Shown here: positions 26,301-41,300 of the stretch, one piece after another | How the letters are laid out: each line of letters starts with the position of its first letter | How positions within the stretch are numbered: the first letter of the stretch is position 1 | Source of the DNA: Camelus dromedarius | Lineage: Eukaryota | Reading direction: 5' to 3' | Assembly: GCF_036321535.1 (NCBI RefSeq) | Contig: NC_087436.1 | Coordinates: forward strand, 1,860,001-1,924,000 | DNA: 64,000 bases | Program-made: the position numbers and the translations under genes | The notes under the pieces: model-generated | The model's database searches: none | What the model saw: only the letters and a program-made list of their open reading frames with translations | Told to the model about the DNA's origin: nothing

Positions 26301-29300
26301 CATCTAGCACAAAGGGAACGGGTTGCAGGAGAAAGTTATTCTCTGGATTCTCAGTCTGTTTCCTAGTGCCGGGTTGAAGTTCCTGCAGTTTTCACTGTAA
26401 AACAGAGTTTGGGCTTGTACCTCCCCAAATATATATATGGAGTGGAATTTGCAACTGAAAAGTAACTTTGTGTTCCCAACAAGCTATGTGAAGGACGGCT
26501 TTCACACACACTTATCTCTCAGAACTGAGCATGTGGAGAGACGTTCGTTCACCTAGCAAAAATGGAACGAGTTGCAGGAGTAACTATTACTCTGGTTTCT
26601 CAGTCTGTTTCCTAGTGCCATTTTGAAGTTCTTGCAGTTTTCACTGTAATACCGAGTTGGAGCTAGTACCTCCCCATAAATATGTGTGGAGTGGAATTTG
26701 CAACTGAAAAGAAACTTTGTGTTCCCACCAAGCTAGGTGAAGGACGGCTTTCACACACAATTATCTCTCAGAACTGAGCATGTGGAGAGTCGTTCGTTCA
26801 TTTAGCACAAAGGGAACGGGTTGCAGGAGAAAGTTATTCTCTGGATTCTCAGTCTGTTTCCTAGTGCCGGGTTGAAGTTCCTGCAGTTTTCACTGTAAAA
26901 CAGAGTTTGGGCTTGTACCTCCCCAAATATATATATGGAGTGGAATTTGCAACTGAAAAGAAACTTTGTGTTCCCAACAAGATATGTGAAGGACGGCTTT
27001 CACACACAATTATCTCTCAGAACTGAGCATGTGGGGAGACGTTCGTTCACCTAGCAAAAATGGAACGAGTTGCAGGAGTAACTTTTACTCTGGTTTCTCA
27101 GTCTGTTTCCTAGTGCCATTTTGAAGTTCTTGCAGTTTTCACTGTAATATCGAGTTGGAGCTAGTACCTCCCCATAAATATGTGTGGAGTGGAATTTGCA
27201 ACTGAAAAGAAACTTTGTGTTCCCAACAAGCTAGGTGAAGGAAGGCTTTCACACACAATTATCTCTCAGAACTGAGCATGTGGAGAGTCGTTCGTTCATT
27301 TAGCACAAAGGGAACGGGTTTCAGGAGAAACATTTACTCTGGTTTCTCAGTCTGTTTCCTATTGCCGGTTTGAAGTTAATGAAGATTTCACTGTAAAACC
27401 GAGTTGGAGCTAGTACTTCCCCATATATATGTATGGAGTTGGGTTTGCAACTGAAAAGAAACATGTGTTCCCAACAAGTAAGTTGAAGGACGGCTTTCAC
27501 ACACACTTATCTCTCAGAAATGAGCATGTGGAGAGACGTTCGTTCATCAAGCACAAAGGGAACGGGTTGCAGGAGAAACTTTTACTCTGGATTCTCAGTC
27601 TGTTTCCTAGTGCCGGTTTGAAGTTCCTGCAGTTTTCACTGTAAAACCGAGTTGGAGCTAGTACCAACCCATATATATGTATGGAGTGGAGTTTGCAACT
27701 GAAAAGAAACTTTGTGTTCCCAACAAGGTAGGTGAAGGACGGCTTTCACACACACTTACCTCTCAGAAATGAGCATGTGGAGAGACGTTCGTTCATCTAG
27801 CAAAAAGGGAACAGTTTGCAGGAGAAACTCTTACTCTGGTTTCTCAGTCTGTTTCCTAGTGCCAGTTGGAAGTTCCTGAAGTTTTCACTGTAAAACCGAT
27901 TTGGAGCTAGTACCTCCCCATATATATGTATGGAGTGGAGTTTGCAACTGAAAAGAAACTTTGTGTTACCAAGAAGCTAGGTGAAGGACGGCTTTCACAC
28001 ACACTTATCTCTCAGAACTTAGCATGTGGAGAGACGTTCGTTCATCTAGCACAAAGGGAACGGGTTGCAGAAGAAACTTTTTCTCTGTATTCTCAGTCTG
28101 TTTCCTAGTGCCGGTTTGAAGTACCTGCTGTTTTCACTGTAAAACCGAGTTGGGGCTTGTACCTACCCATATATATGTATTTAGTGGAGTTTGCATCTGG
28201 AAAGAAACATTGTGTTCCCCACAAGGTAGGTGAAGGACGGCTTTCACACACACTAATCTCTCAGAACTGAGCATGTGGAGAGACGTTCGTTCATCTAGCA
28301 CAAAGGGAACGGGTTGCAGGAGAAACTTTTACTCTGGTTTCTCAGTCTGTTTCCTAGTGCCGGTTTGAAGTTCCTGCAGTTTTCATTGTAAAACCGAGTT
28401 GGGTCTAGTACCTCCTCATATATATGTATGGAGTGGAGTTTGCAACTGAAAAGAAACTTTGTGTTCCCAACAAGCTAGGTGAAGGACGGCTTTCACACAC
28501 AATTAAATCTCAGAACTGAGCATGTTTAGAGACGTTCGTTCATAAATCACAAAAGGAACGGGTTGCAGGAGAAACTTTTACTCTGTTTCTCAGTCTGTTT
28601 CCTAGTGCCGGTTTGAAGTTCCTGCAGTTTTCACTGTAAAACCGAGTTGGAGCTAGTACCTCCCCATATATATGTATGGATTGGAGTTTGCAACTGAAAA
28701 GAAACTTTGTGTTCCCAACAAGCTAGGTGAAGTACAGCTTTCACACACACTTATCTCTCAGAAATGAGCATGTGGAGAGACGTTCGTTCATCTAGCACAA
28801 AGGGAACGGGTTTCAGGAGAAACTTTTACTCTGGTATCTCAGTCTGTTTCCTAGTGCCGGATTGAAGTTCCTGCAGTTTTCACTGTAAAACCGAGTTGGA
28901 GCTAGTACCTCCCAATATACATTTATGGAGTGGAGTTTGCAACTGCAAAGAAACTTTGTGTTCCCAAAATGCTAGGTGAAGGACGGCTTTCACACACACT
29001 TATCTCTCAGAACTGAGCATGTGGAGAGACGTTCGTTCACCTAGGAAAAAGGGAACGAGTTGCAGGTGTAACTTTTACTCTGGTTTCTCAGTAAGTTTCC
29101 TAGTGCCATTTGGAAGTTCTTGCAGTTTTCACTGTAATACCGAGTTGGAGCTAGTACTTCCCATAAATATGTGTGAAATGGATTTTGCAACTGAAAAGAA
29201 ACTTTGTGTTCCCAACAAGCTAGGTGAAGGACGGCTTTCATACACACTTATCTCTCAGCACTGAGCATGTGGAGAGACGTTCGTTTATAAAGCACAAAGG

Positions 29301-32300
29301 GAACGGTTTGCAGGAGAAACTTTTACTCTATTTCTCAGTCTGTTTCCTAGTGCCGGTTTGAAGTTCCTGCAGTTTTCACTGTAAAACTGAGTTGGAGCTA
29401 GTACCTCCCCATATATATGTATGGAGTGGAGTTTGCAACTGAAAAGAAACTTTGTGTTCCCAACAAGCTAGGTGAAGGACGGCTTTCACACACACTTATC
29501 TCTCAGAAATGAGCATGTGGAGAGACGTTCGTTCATCTAGCTCATAGGGAACGGGTTGCAGGATAAACTTTTACTCTGGTTTCTCAGTCTGTTTCCTAGT
29601 GCCGGTTTGAAGTTCCTGCAGTTTTCACTGTAAAAACGTGTTGGAGCTAGTACCTCCCCATATATATTTATGGAGAGGAGTTTGCAACTGAAAAGAAACT
29701 TTGTGTTCCCAACAAGCTAGGTGAAGTGCGGCTTTCACACCCAATTATCTCTCAGAACTGAGCATGTGGAGAGTCATTCTTTCATCTAGCACAAAGGGAA
29801 AGGTTTGCAGGAGAAACTTTTACTCTGGTTTCTCAGTCTGTTTCCTAGTGCCGGTTTGAAGTTCCTGCAGTTTTCAGTGTAAAACCGAGTTGGAGCTAGT
29901 ACTTCCCCATATATATGTATGGAGTGGAGTTTGCAACTGAAAAGGAACTTTGTGTTCCCAACAAGTTAGGTGAAGGACGGCTTTCACACACAATTAACTC
30001 TCAGAACTGAGCATGTGGAGAGACGTTCGTTCATAAAGCACAAAGGGAACGGGATTCAGGAGAAACTTTTACTCTGCTTCTCAGTCTGTTTCCTAGTGCC
30101 GTTTTGAAGTTCCTGCAGTTTTCATTGTAAAACCGAGTTGGAGCTAGTACCTCCCCATATATATGTATGGAATGGAGTTTGCAACTGAAAAGTAACTTTG
30201 TGTTCCCAACAAGCTAGGTGAAGGACGGCTTTCACACACAATTATCTCTCAGATCTGAGCATGTGGAGAGACGTTCGTTCATCAAGCACAAATGGAATGG
30301 GTTGCAGTAGAAACTTTTACTCTGATTCTCAGTCTTTTTCCTAGTGCTGGTTTGAAGTTCCTGCAGTTTTCACTGTAAAACCGAGTTGGAGCTTTTACCT
30401 CCCCATATATATGTGTGGAGTGGAGTTTGCAAGTGAAAAGAAACTTTGTGTTCCCAACAAGCTAGGTGAAGGACGGCTTTCCCACACACTTATCTCTCAG
30501 AAATGAGCATGTGGAGAGACGTTCGTTTATAAAGCACAAAGGGAACGGGTTGCAGGAGAAAGTTTTACTCTGGTTTCTCAGTCTGTTTCCTAATGCCGGT
30601 ATGAAGTTCCTGCAGTTTTCACTGTAAAACCGAGTTGGAGCTAGTACCTCCCCATATATATGAATGGAGTTGAGATTGCAACTGAAAAGAAACTTTGTGT
30701 TCCCAACAAGTTAGTTGAAGGACGGCTTCACACACACTTATCTCTCAGAACTGATCATGTGGAGAGACGTTAGTTCATAAAGCACAAAGGGAACGGGTTG
30801 CAGGAGAAATTTTTACTGTGTTTCTCAGTCTGTTTCCTAGTGCCGGTTTGAAGTTCCTGCAGTTTTCAGTGTAAAACAGAGTTGGAGCTAGTACTTCCCC
30901 ATATATATGTATGGAGTGGAGTTTGCAACTGAAAAGGAACTTTGTGTTCCCAACAAGTTAGGTGAAGGACGGCTTTCACACACAATTAACTCTCAGAACT
31001 GAGCATGTGGAGAGACGTTCGTTCATAAAGCACAAAGGGAACGGGATTCAGGAGAAACTTTTACTCTGCTTCTCAGTCTGTTTCCTAGTGCCGTTTTGAA
31101 GTTCCTGCAGTTTTCACTGTAAAACCGAGTTGGAGCTAGTACCTCCCCATATGTATGTATGGAGTGGAGTTTGCAACTGAAAAGAAACTTTGTGTTCCCA
31201 ACAAGCTAGGTGAAGGACCGGTTTCAGACACAATTATCTCTCAGAATTGAGCATGTGGAGAGTCATTCGTTCATCTAGCACAAAGGGAACGGTTTGCAGG
31301 AGAAACTTTTTCTCTGGATTCTCAGTCTGTTTCCTAGTTCCGGTTTGAAGTTCCTGCAGTTTTCATTGTAAAACCGAGTTGGGGCTATTACCTACACTTA
31401 TATATGTATGGAATGGAGTTTGCATCTGAAAAGAAACTTTGTGTTCCCAACAAGGTAGTTGAAGAAGGCTTTCACACACACTTATCTCTCAGAACTGAGC
31501 ATGTGAAGAGAGGTTCGTTCATCTAGCACAAAGGGAACGGGTTGCAGGAGAAAGTTATTCTCTGGATTCTCAGTCTGTTTCCTAGTGCCGGGTTGAAGTT
31601 CCTGCAGTTTTCACTGTAAAACAGAGTTTGGGCTTGTACCTCCCCAAATATATATATGGAGTGGAATTTGCAACTGAAAAGTAACTTTGTGTTCCCAACA
31701 AGCTATGTGAAGGACGGCTTTCACACACACTTATCTCTCAGAACTGAGCATGTGGAGAGACGTTCGTTCACCTAGCAAAAATGGAACGAGTTGCAGGAGT
31801 AACTATTACTCTGGTTTCTCAGTCTGTTTCCTAGTGCCATTTTGAAGTTCTTGCAGTTTTCACTGTAATACCGAGTTGGAGCTAGTACCTCCCCATAAAT
31901 ATGTGTGGAGTGGAATTTGCAACTGAAAAGAAACTTTGTGTTCCCACCAAGCTAGGTGAAGGACGGCTTTCACACACAATTATCTCTCAGAACTGAGCAT
32001 GTGGAGAGTCGTTCGTTCATTTAGCAAAAAGGGAACGGGTTTTAGGAGGAACATTTACTCTGGTTTCTCAGTCTGTTTCCTATTGCCGGTTTGAAGTTAA
32101 TGAAGATTTCACTGTAAAACCGAGTTGGAGCTAGTACTTCCCCATATATATGTATGGAGTGGGGTTTGCAACTGAAAAGAAACATGTGTTCCCACCAAGC
32201 TAGGTGAAGGACGGCTTTCACACACAATTATCTCTCAGAACTGAGCATGTGGAGAGTCGTTCGTTCATTTAGCACAAAGGGAACGGGTTGCAGGAGAAAG

Positions 32301-35300
32301 TTATTCTCTGGATTCTCAGTCTGTTTCCTAGTGCCGGGTTGAAGTTCCTGCAGTTTTCACTGTAAAACAGAGTTTGGGCTTGTACCTCCCCAAATATATA
32401 TATGGAGTGGAATTTGCAACTGAAAAGAAACTTTGTGTTCCCAACAAGATATGTGAAGGACGGCTTTCACACACAATTATCTCTCAGAACTGAGCATGTG
32501 GGGAGACGTTCGTTCACCTAGCAAAAATGGAACGAGTTGCAGGAGTAACTTTTACTCTGGTTTCTCAGTCTGTTTCCTAGTGCCATTTTGAAGTTCTTGC
32601 AGTTTTCACTGTAATATCGAGTTGGAGCTAGTACCTCCCCATAAATATGTGTGGAGTGGAATTTGCAACTGAAAAGAAACTTTGTGTTCCCAACAAGCTA
32701 GGTGAAGGACGGCTTTCACACACAATTATCTCTCAGAACTGAGCATGTGGAGAGTCGTTCGTTCATTTAGCACAAAGGGAACGGGTTTCAGGAGAAACAT
32801 TTACTCTGGTTTCTCAGTCTGTTTCCTATTGCCGGTTTGAAGTTAATGAAGATTTCACTGTAAAACCGAGTTTGAGCTAGTACTTCCCCATATATATGTA
32901 TGGAGTTGGGTTTGCAACTGAAAAGAAACATGTGTTCCCAACAAGTAAGTTGAAGGACGGCTTTCACACACACTTATCTCTCAGAACTTAGCATGTGGAG
33001 AGACGTTCGTTCATCTAGCACAAAGGGAACGGGTTGCAGAAGAAACTTTTTCTCTGTATTCTCAGTCTGTTTCCTAGTGCCGGTTTGAAGTACCTGCTGT
33101 TTTCACTGTAAAACCGAGTTGGGGCTTGTACCTACCCATATATATGTATTTAGTGGAGTTTGCATCTGGAAAGAAACATTGTGTTCCCCACAAGGTAGGT
33201 GAAGGACGGCTTTCACACACACTAATCTCTCAGAACTGAGCATGTGGAGAGACGTTCGTTCATCTAGCACAAAGGGAACGGGTTGCAGGAGAAACTTTTA
33301 CTCTGGTTTCTCAGTCTGTTTCCTAGTGCCGGTTTGAAGTTCCTGCAGTTTTCATTGTAAAACCGAGTTGGGTCTAGTACCTCCTCATATATATGTATGG
33401 AGTGGAGTTTGCAACTGAAAAGAAACTTTGTGTTCCCAACAAGCTAGGTGAAGGACGGCTTTCACACACAATTAAATCTCAGAACTGAGCATGTTTAGAG
33501 ACGTTCGTTCATAAATCACAAAAGGAACGGGTTGCAGGAGAAACTTTTACTCTGTTTCTCAGTCTGTTTCCTAGTGCCGGTTTGAAGTTCCTGCAGTTTT
33601 CACTGTAAAACCGAGTTGGAGCTAGTACCTCCCCATATATATGTATGGATTGGAGTTTGCAACTGAAAAGAAACTTTGTGTTCCCAACAAGCTAGGTGAA
33701 GTACAGCTTTCACACACAATTATCTCTCAGAAATGAGCATGTGGAGAGACGTTCGTTCATCTAGCACAAAGGGAACGGGTTTCAGGAGAAACTTTTACTC
33801 TGGTATCTCAGTCTGTTTCCTAGTGCCGGATTGAAGTTCCTGCAGTTTTCACTGTAAAACCGAGTTGGAGCTAGTACCTCCCAATATACATTTATGGAGT
33901 GGAGTTTGCAACTGCAAAGAAACTTTGTGTTCCCAAAATGCTAGGTGAAGGACGGCTTTCACACACACTTATCTCTCAGAACTGAGCATGTGGAGAGACG
34001 TTCGTTCACCTAGGAAAAAGGGAACGAGTTGCAGGTGTAACTTTTACTCTGGTTTCTCAGTAAGTTTCCTAGTGCCATTTGGAAGTTCTTGCAGTATTCA
34101 CTGTAATACCGAGTTGGAGCTAGTACTTCCCATAAATATGTGTGAAATGGATTTTGCAACTGAAAAGAAACTTTGTGTTCCCAACAAGCTAGGTGAAGGA
34201 CGGCTTTCACACACAATTAACTCTCAGAACTGAGCATGTGGAGAGACGTTCGTTCATAAAGCACAAAGGGAACGGGATTCAGGAGAAACTTTTACTCTGC
34301 TTCTCAGTCTGTTTCCTAGTGCCGTTTTGAAGTTCCTGCAGTTTTCACTGTAAAACCGAGTTGGAGCTAGTACCTCCCCATATGTATGTATGGAGTGGAG
34401 TTTGCAACTGAAAAGAAACTTTGTGTTCCCAACAAGCTAGGTGAAGGACCGGTTTCAGACACAATTATCTCTCAGAATTGAGCATGTGGAGAGTCATTCG
34501 TTCATCTAGCACAAAGGGAACGGTTTGCAGGAGAAACTTTTTCTCTGGATTCTCAGTCTGTTTCCTAGTTCCGGTTTGAAGTTCCTGCAGTTTTCATTGT
34601 AAAACCGAGTTGGGGCTATTACCTACCCTTATATATGTATGGAATGGAGTTTGCATCTGAAAAGAATCTTTGTGTTCCCAACAAGGTAGTTGAAGAAGGC
34701 TTTCACACACACTTATCTCTCAGAACTGAGCATGTGAAGAGAGGTTCGTTCATCTAGCACAAAGGGAACGGGTTGCAGGAGAAAGTTATTCTCTGGATTC
34801 TCAGTCTGTTTCCTAGTGCCGGGTTGAAGTTCCTGCAGTTTTCACTGTAAAACAGAGTTTGGGCTTGTACCTCCCCAAATATATATATGGAGTGGAATTT
34901 GCAACTGAAAAGTAACTTTGTGTTCCCAACAAGCTATGTGAAGGACGGCTTTCACACACACTTATCTCTCAGAACTGAGCATGTGGAGAGACGTTCGTTC
35001 ACCTAGCAAAAATGGAACGAGTTGCAGGAGTAACTATTACTCTGGTTTCTCAGTCTGTTTCCTAGTGCCATTTTGAAGTTCTTGCAGTTTTCACTGTAAT
35101 ACCGAGTTGGAGCTAGTACCTCCCCATAAATATGTGTGGAGTGGAATTTGCAACTGAAAAGAAACTTTGTGTTCCCACCAAGCTAGGTGAAGGACGGCTT
35201 TCACACACAATTATCTCTCAGAACTGAGCATGTGGAGAGTCGTTCGTTCATTTAGCACAAAGGGAACGGGTTGCAGGAGAAAGTTATTCTCTGGATTCTC

Positions 35301-38300
35301 AGTCTGTTTCCTAGTGCCGGGTTGAAGTTCCTGCAGTTTTCACTGTAAAACAGAGTTTGGGCTTGTACCTCCCCAAATATATATATGGAGTGGAATTTGC
35401 AACTGAAAAGAAACTTTGTGTTCCCAACAAGATATGTGAAGGACGGCTTTCACACACAATTATCTCTCAGAACTGAGCATGTGGGGAGACGTTCGTTCAC
35501 CTAGCAAAAATGGAACGAGTTGCAGGAGTAACTTTTACTCTGGTTTCTCAGTCTGTTTCCTAGTGCCATTTTGAAGTTCTTGCAGTTTTCACTGTAATAT
35601 CGAGTTGGAGCTAGTACCTCCCCATAAATATGTGTGGAGTGGAATTTGCAACTGAAAAGAAACTTTGTGTTCCCAACAAGCTAGGTGAAGGACGGCTTTC
35701 ACACACAATTATCTCTCAGAACTGAGCATGTGGAGAGTCGTTCGTTCATTTAGCACAAAGGGAATGGGTTTCAGGAGAAACATTTACTCTGGTTTCTCAG
35801 TCTGTTTCCTATTGCCGGTTTGAAGTTAATGAAGATTTCACTGTAAAACCGAGTTGGAGCTAGTACTTCCCCATATATATGTATGGAGTTGGGTTTGCAA
35901 CTGAAAAGAAACATGTGTTCCCAACAAGTAAGTTGAAGGACGGCTTTCACACACACTTATCTCTCAGAAATGAGCATGTGGAGAGACGTTCGTTCATCAA
36001 GCACAAAGGGAACGGGTTGCAGGAGAAACTTTTACTCTGGATTCTCAGTCTGTTTCCTAGTGCCGGTTTGAAGTTCCTGCAGTTTTCACTGTAAAACCGA
36101 GTTGGAGCTAGTACCAACCCATATATATGTATGGAGTGGAGTTTGCAACTGAAAAGAAACTTTGTGTTCCCAACAAGGTAGGTGAAGGACGGCTTTCACA
36201 CACACTTACCTCTCAGAAATGAGCATGTGGAGAGACGTTCGTTCATCTAGCAAAAAGGGAACAGTTTGCAGGAGAAACTCTTACTCTGGTTTCTCAGTCT
36301 GTTTCCTAGTGCCAGTTGGAAGTTCCTGAAGTTTTCACTGTAAAACCGATTTGGAGCTAGTACCTCCCCATATATATGTATGGAGTGGAGTTTGCAACTG
36401 AAAAGAAACTTTGTGTTACCAAGAAGCTAGGTGAAGGACGGCTTTCACACACACTTATCTCTCAGAAATTAGCATGTGGAGAGACGTTCGTTCATCTAGC
36501 ACAAAGGGAACGGGTTGCAGAAGAAACTTTTTCTCTGTATTCTCAGTCTGTTTCCTAGTGCCGGTTTGAAGTACCTGCTGTTTTCACTGTAAAACCGAGT
36601 TGGGGCTTGTACCTACCCATATATATGTATTTAGTGGAGTTTGCATCTGGAAAGAAACATTGTGTTCCCCACAAGGTAGGTGAAGGACGGCTTTCACACA
36701 CACTAATCTCTCAGAACTGAGCATGTGGAGAGACGTTCGTTCATCTAGCACAAAGGGAACGGGTTGCAGGAGAAACTTTTACTCTGGTTTCTCAGTCTGT
36801 TTCCTAGTGCCGGTTTGAAGTTCCTGCAGTTTTCATTGTAAAACCGAGTTGGGTCTAGTACCTCCTCATATATATGTATGGAGTGGAGTTTGCAACTGAA
36901 AAGAAACTTTGTGTTCCCAACAAGCTAGGTGAAGGACGGCTTTCACACACAATTAAATCTCAGAACTGAGCATGTTTAGAGACGTTCGTTCATAAATCAC
37001 AAAAGGAACGGGTTGCAGGAGAAACTTTTACTCTGTTTCTCAGTCTGTTTCCTAGTGCCGGTTTGAAGTTCCTGCAGTTTTCACTGTAAAACCGAGTTGG
37101 AGCTAGTACCTCCCCATATATATGTATGGATTGGAGTTTGCAACTGAAAAGAAACTTTGTGTTCCCAACAAGCTAGGTGAAGTACAGCTTTCACACACAC
37201 TTATCTCTCAGAAATGAGCATGTGGAGAGACGTTCGTTCATCTAGCACAAAGGGAACGGGTTTCAGGAGAAACTTTTACTCTGGTATCTCAGTCTGTTTC
37301 CTAGTGCCGGATTGAAGTTCCTGCAGTTTTCACTGTAAAACCGAGTTGGAGCTAGTACTTCCCAATATACATTTATGGAGTGGAGTTTGCAACTGCAAAG
37401 AAACTTTGTGTTCCCAAAATGCTAGGTGAAGGACGGCTTTCACACACACTTATCTCTCAGAACTGAGCATGTGGAGAGACGTTCGTTCACCTAGGAAAAA
37501 GGGAACGAGTTGCAGGTGTAACTTTTACTCTGGTTTCTCAGTAAGTTTCCTAGTGCCATTTGGAAGTTCTTGCAGTTTTCACTGTAATACCGAGTTGGAG
37601 CTAGTACTTCCCATAAATATGTGTGAAATGGATTTTGCAACTGAAAAGAAACTTTGTGTTCCCAACAAGCTAGGTGAAGGACGGCTTTCACACACACTTA
37701 TCTCTCAGCACTGAGCATGTGGAGAGACGTTCGTTTATAAAGCACAAAGGGAACGGTTTGCAGGAGAAACTTTTACTCTATTTCTCAGTCTGTTTCCTAG
37801 TGCCGGTTTGAAGTTCCTGCAGTTTTCACTGTAAAATTGAGTTGGAGCTAGTACCTCCCCATATATATGTATGGAGTGGAGTTTGCAACTGAAAAGAAAC
37901 TTTGTGTTCCCAACAAGCTAGGTGAAGGACGGCTTTCACACACACTTATCTCTCAGAAATGAGCATGTGGAGAGACGTTCGTTCATCTAGCTCATAGGGA
38001 ACGGGTTGCAGGATAAACTTTTACTCTGGTTTCTCAGTCTGTTTCCTAGTGCCGGTTTGAAGTTCCTGCAGTTTTCACTGTAAAAACGTGTTGGAGCTAG
38101 TACCTCCCCATATATATTTATGGAGAGGAGTTTGCAACTGAAAAGAAACTTTGTGTTCCCAACAAGCTAGGTGAAGTGCGGCTTTCACACCCAATTATCT
38201 CTCAGAACTGAGCATGTGGAGAGTCATTCTTTCATCTAGCACAAAGGGAAAGGTTTGCAGGAGAAACTTTTACTCTGGTTTCTCAGTCTGTTTCGTAGTT

Positions 38301-41300
38301 CCGGTTTGAAGTTCCTGCAGTTTTCATTGTAAAACCGAGTTGGGGCTATTACCTACCCTTATATATGTATGGAATGGAGTTTGCATCTGAAAAGAAACTT
38401 TGTGTTCCCAACAAGGTAGTTGAAGAAGGCTTTCACACACACTTATCTCTCAGAACTGAGCATGTGAAGAGAGGTTCGTTAATCTAGCACAAAGGGAACG
38501 GGTTGCAGGAGAAAGTTATTCTCTGGATTCTCAGTCTCTTTCCTAGTGCCGGGTTGAAGTTCCTGCAGTTTTCACTGTAAAACAGAGTTTGGGCTTGTAC
38601 CTCCCCAAATATATATATGGAGTGGAATTTGCAACTGAAAAGTAACTTTGTGTTCCCAACAAGCTATGTGAAGGACGGCTTTCACACACACTTATCTCTC
38701 AGAACTGAGCATGTGGAGAGACGTTCGTTCACCTAGCAAAAATGGAACGAGTTGCAGGAGTAACTATTACTCTGGTTTCTCAGTCTGTTTCCTAGTGCCA
38801 TTTTGAAGTTCTTGCAGTTTTCACTGTAATACCGAGTTGGAGCTAGTACCTCCCCATAAATATGTGTGGAGTGGAATTTGCAACTGAAAAGAAACTTTGT
38901 GTTCCCACCAAGCTAGGTGAAGGACGGCTTTCACACACAATTATCTCTCAGAACTGAGCATGTGGAGAGTCGTTCGTTCATTTAGCACAAAGGGAACGGG
39001 TTGCAGGAGAAAGTTATTCTCTGGATTCTCAGTCTGTTTCCTAGTGCCGGGTTGAAGTTCCTGCAGTTTTCACTGTAAAACAGAGTTTGGGCTTGTACCT
39101 CCCCAAATATATATATGGAGTGGAATTTGCAACTGAAAAGAAACTTTGTGTTCCCAACAAGATATGTGAAGGACGGCTTTCACACACAATTATCTCTCAG
39201 AACTGAGCATGTGGGGAGACGTTCGTTCACCTAGCAAAAATGGAACGAGTTGCAGGAGGAACTTTTACTCTGGTTTCTCAGTCTGTTTCCTAGTGCCATT
39301 TTGAAGTTCTTGCAGTTTTCACTGTAATATCGAGTTGGAGCTAGTACCTCCCCATAAATATGTGTGGAGTGGAATTTGCAACTGAAAAGAAACTTTGTGT
39401 TCCCAACAAGCTAGGTGAAGGACGGCTTTCACACACAATTATCTCTCAGAACTGAGCATGTGGAGAGTCGTTCGTTCATTTAGCACAAAGGGAACGGGTT
39501 TCAGGAGAAACATTTACTCTGGTTTCTCAGTCTGTTTCCTATTGCCGGTTTGAAGTTAATGAAGATTTCACTGTAAAACCGAGTTGGAGCTAGTACTTCC
39601 CCATATATATGTATGGAGTTGGGTTTGCAACTGAAAAGAAACATGTGTTCCCAACAAGTAAGTTGAAGGACGGCTTTCACACACACTTATCTCTCAGAAA
39701 TGAGCATGTGGAGAGACGTTCGTTCATCAAGCACAAAGGGAACGGGTTGCAGGAGAAACTTTTACTCTGGATTCTCAGTCTGTTTCCTAGTGCCGGTTTG
39801 AAGTTCCTGCAGTTTTCACTGTAAAACCGAGTTGGAGCTAGTACCAACCCATATATATGTATGGAGTGGAGTTTGCAACTGAAAAGAAACTTTGTGTTCC
39901 CAACAAGGTAGGTGAAGGACGGCTTTCACACACACTTACCTCTCAGAAATGAGCATGTGGAGAGACGTTCGTTCATCTAGCAAAAAGGGAACAGTTTGCA
40001 GGAGAAACTCTTACTCTGGTTTCTCAGTCTGTTTCCTAGTGCCAGTTGGAAGTTCCTGAAGTTTTCACTGTAAAACCGATTTGGAGCTAGTACCTCCCCA
40101 TATATATGTATGGAGTGGTGTTTGCAACTGAAAAGAAACTTTGTGTTACCAAGAAGCTAGGTGAAGGACGGCTTTCACACACACTTATCTCTCAGAACTT
40201 AGCATGTGGAGAGACGTTCGTTCATCTAGCACAAAGGGAACGGGTTGCAGAAGAAACTTTTTCTCTGTAATCTCAGTCTGTTTCCTAGTGCCGGTTTGAA
40301 GTACCTGCTGTTTTCACTGTAAAACCGAGTTGGGGCTTGTACCTACCCATATATATGTATTTAGTGGAGTTTGCATCTGGAAAGAAACATTGTGTTCCCC
40401 ACAAGGTAGGTGAAGGACGGCTTTCACACACACTAATCTCTCAGAACTGAGCATGTGGAGAGACGTTCGTTCATCTAGCACAAAGGGAACGGGTTGCAGG
40501 AGAAACTTTTACTCTGGTTTCTCAGTCTGTTTCCTAGTGCCGGTTTGAAGTTCCTGCAGTTTTCATTGTAAAACGGAGTTGGGTCTAGTACCTCCTCATA
40601 TATATGTATGGAGTGGAGTTTGCAACTGAAAAGAAACTTTGTGTTCCCAACAAGCTAGGTGAAGGACGGCTTTCACACACAATTAAATCTCAGAACTGAG
40701 CATGTTTAGAGACGTTCGTTCATAAATCACAAAAGGAACGGGTTGCAGGAGAAACTTTTACTCTGTTTCTCAGTCTGTTTCCTAGTGCCGGTTTGAAGTT
40801 CCTGCAGTTTTCACTGTAAAACCGAGTTGGAGCTAGTACCTCCCATATATATGTATGGATTGGAGTTTGCAACTGAAAAGAAACTTTGTGTTCCCAACAA
40901 GCTAGGTGAAGTACAGCTTTCACACACACTTATCTCTCAGAAATGAGCATGTGGAGAGACGTTCGTTCATCTAGCACAAAGGGAACGGGTTTCAGGAGAA
41001 ACTTTTACTCTGGTATCTCAGTCTGTTTCCTAGTGCCGGATTGAAGTTCCTGCAGTTTTCACTGTAAAACCGAGTTGGAGCTAGTACCTCCCAATATACA
41101 TTTATGGAGTGGAGTTTGCAACTGCAAAGAAACTTTGTGTTCCCAAAATGCTAGGTGAAGGACGGCTTTCACACACACTTATCTCTCAGAACTGAGCATG
41201 TGGAGAGACGTTCGTTCACCTAGGAAAAAGGGAACGAGTTGCAGGTGTAACTTTTACTCTGGTTTCTCAGTAAGTTTCCTAGTGCCATTTGGAAGTTCTT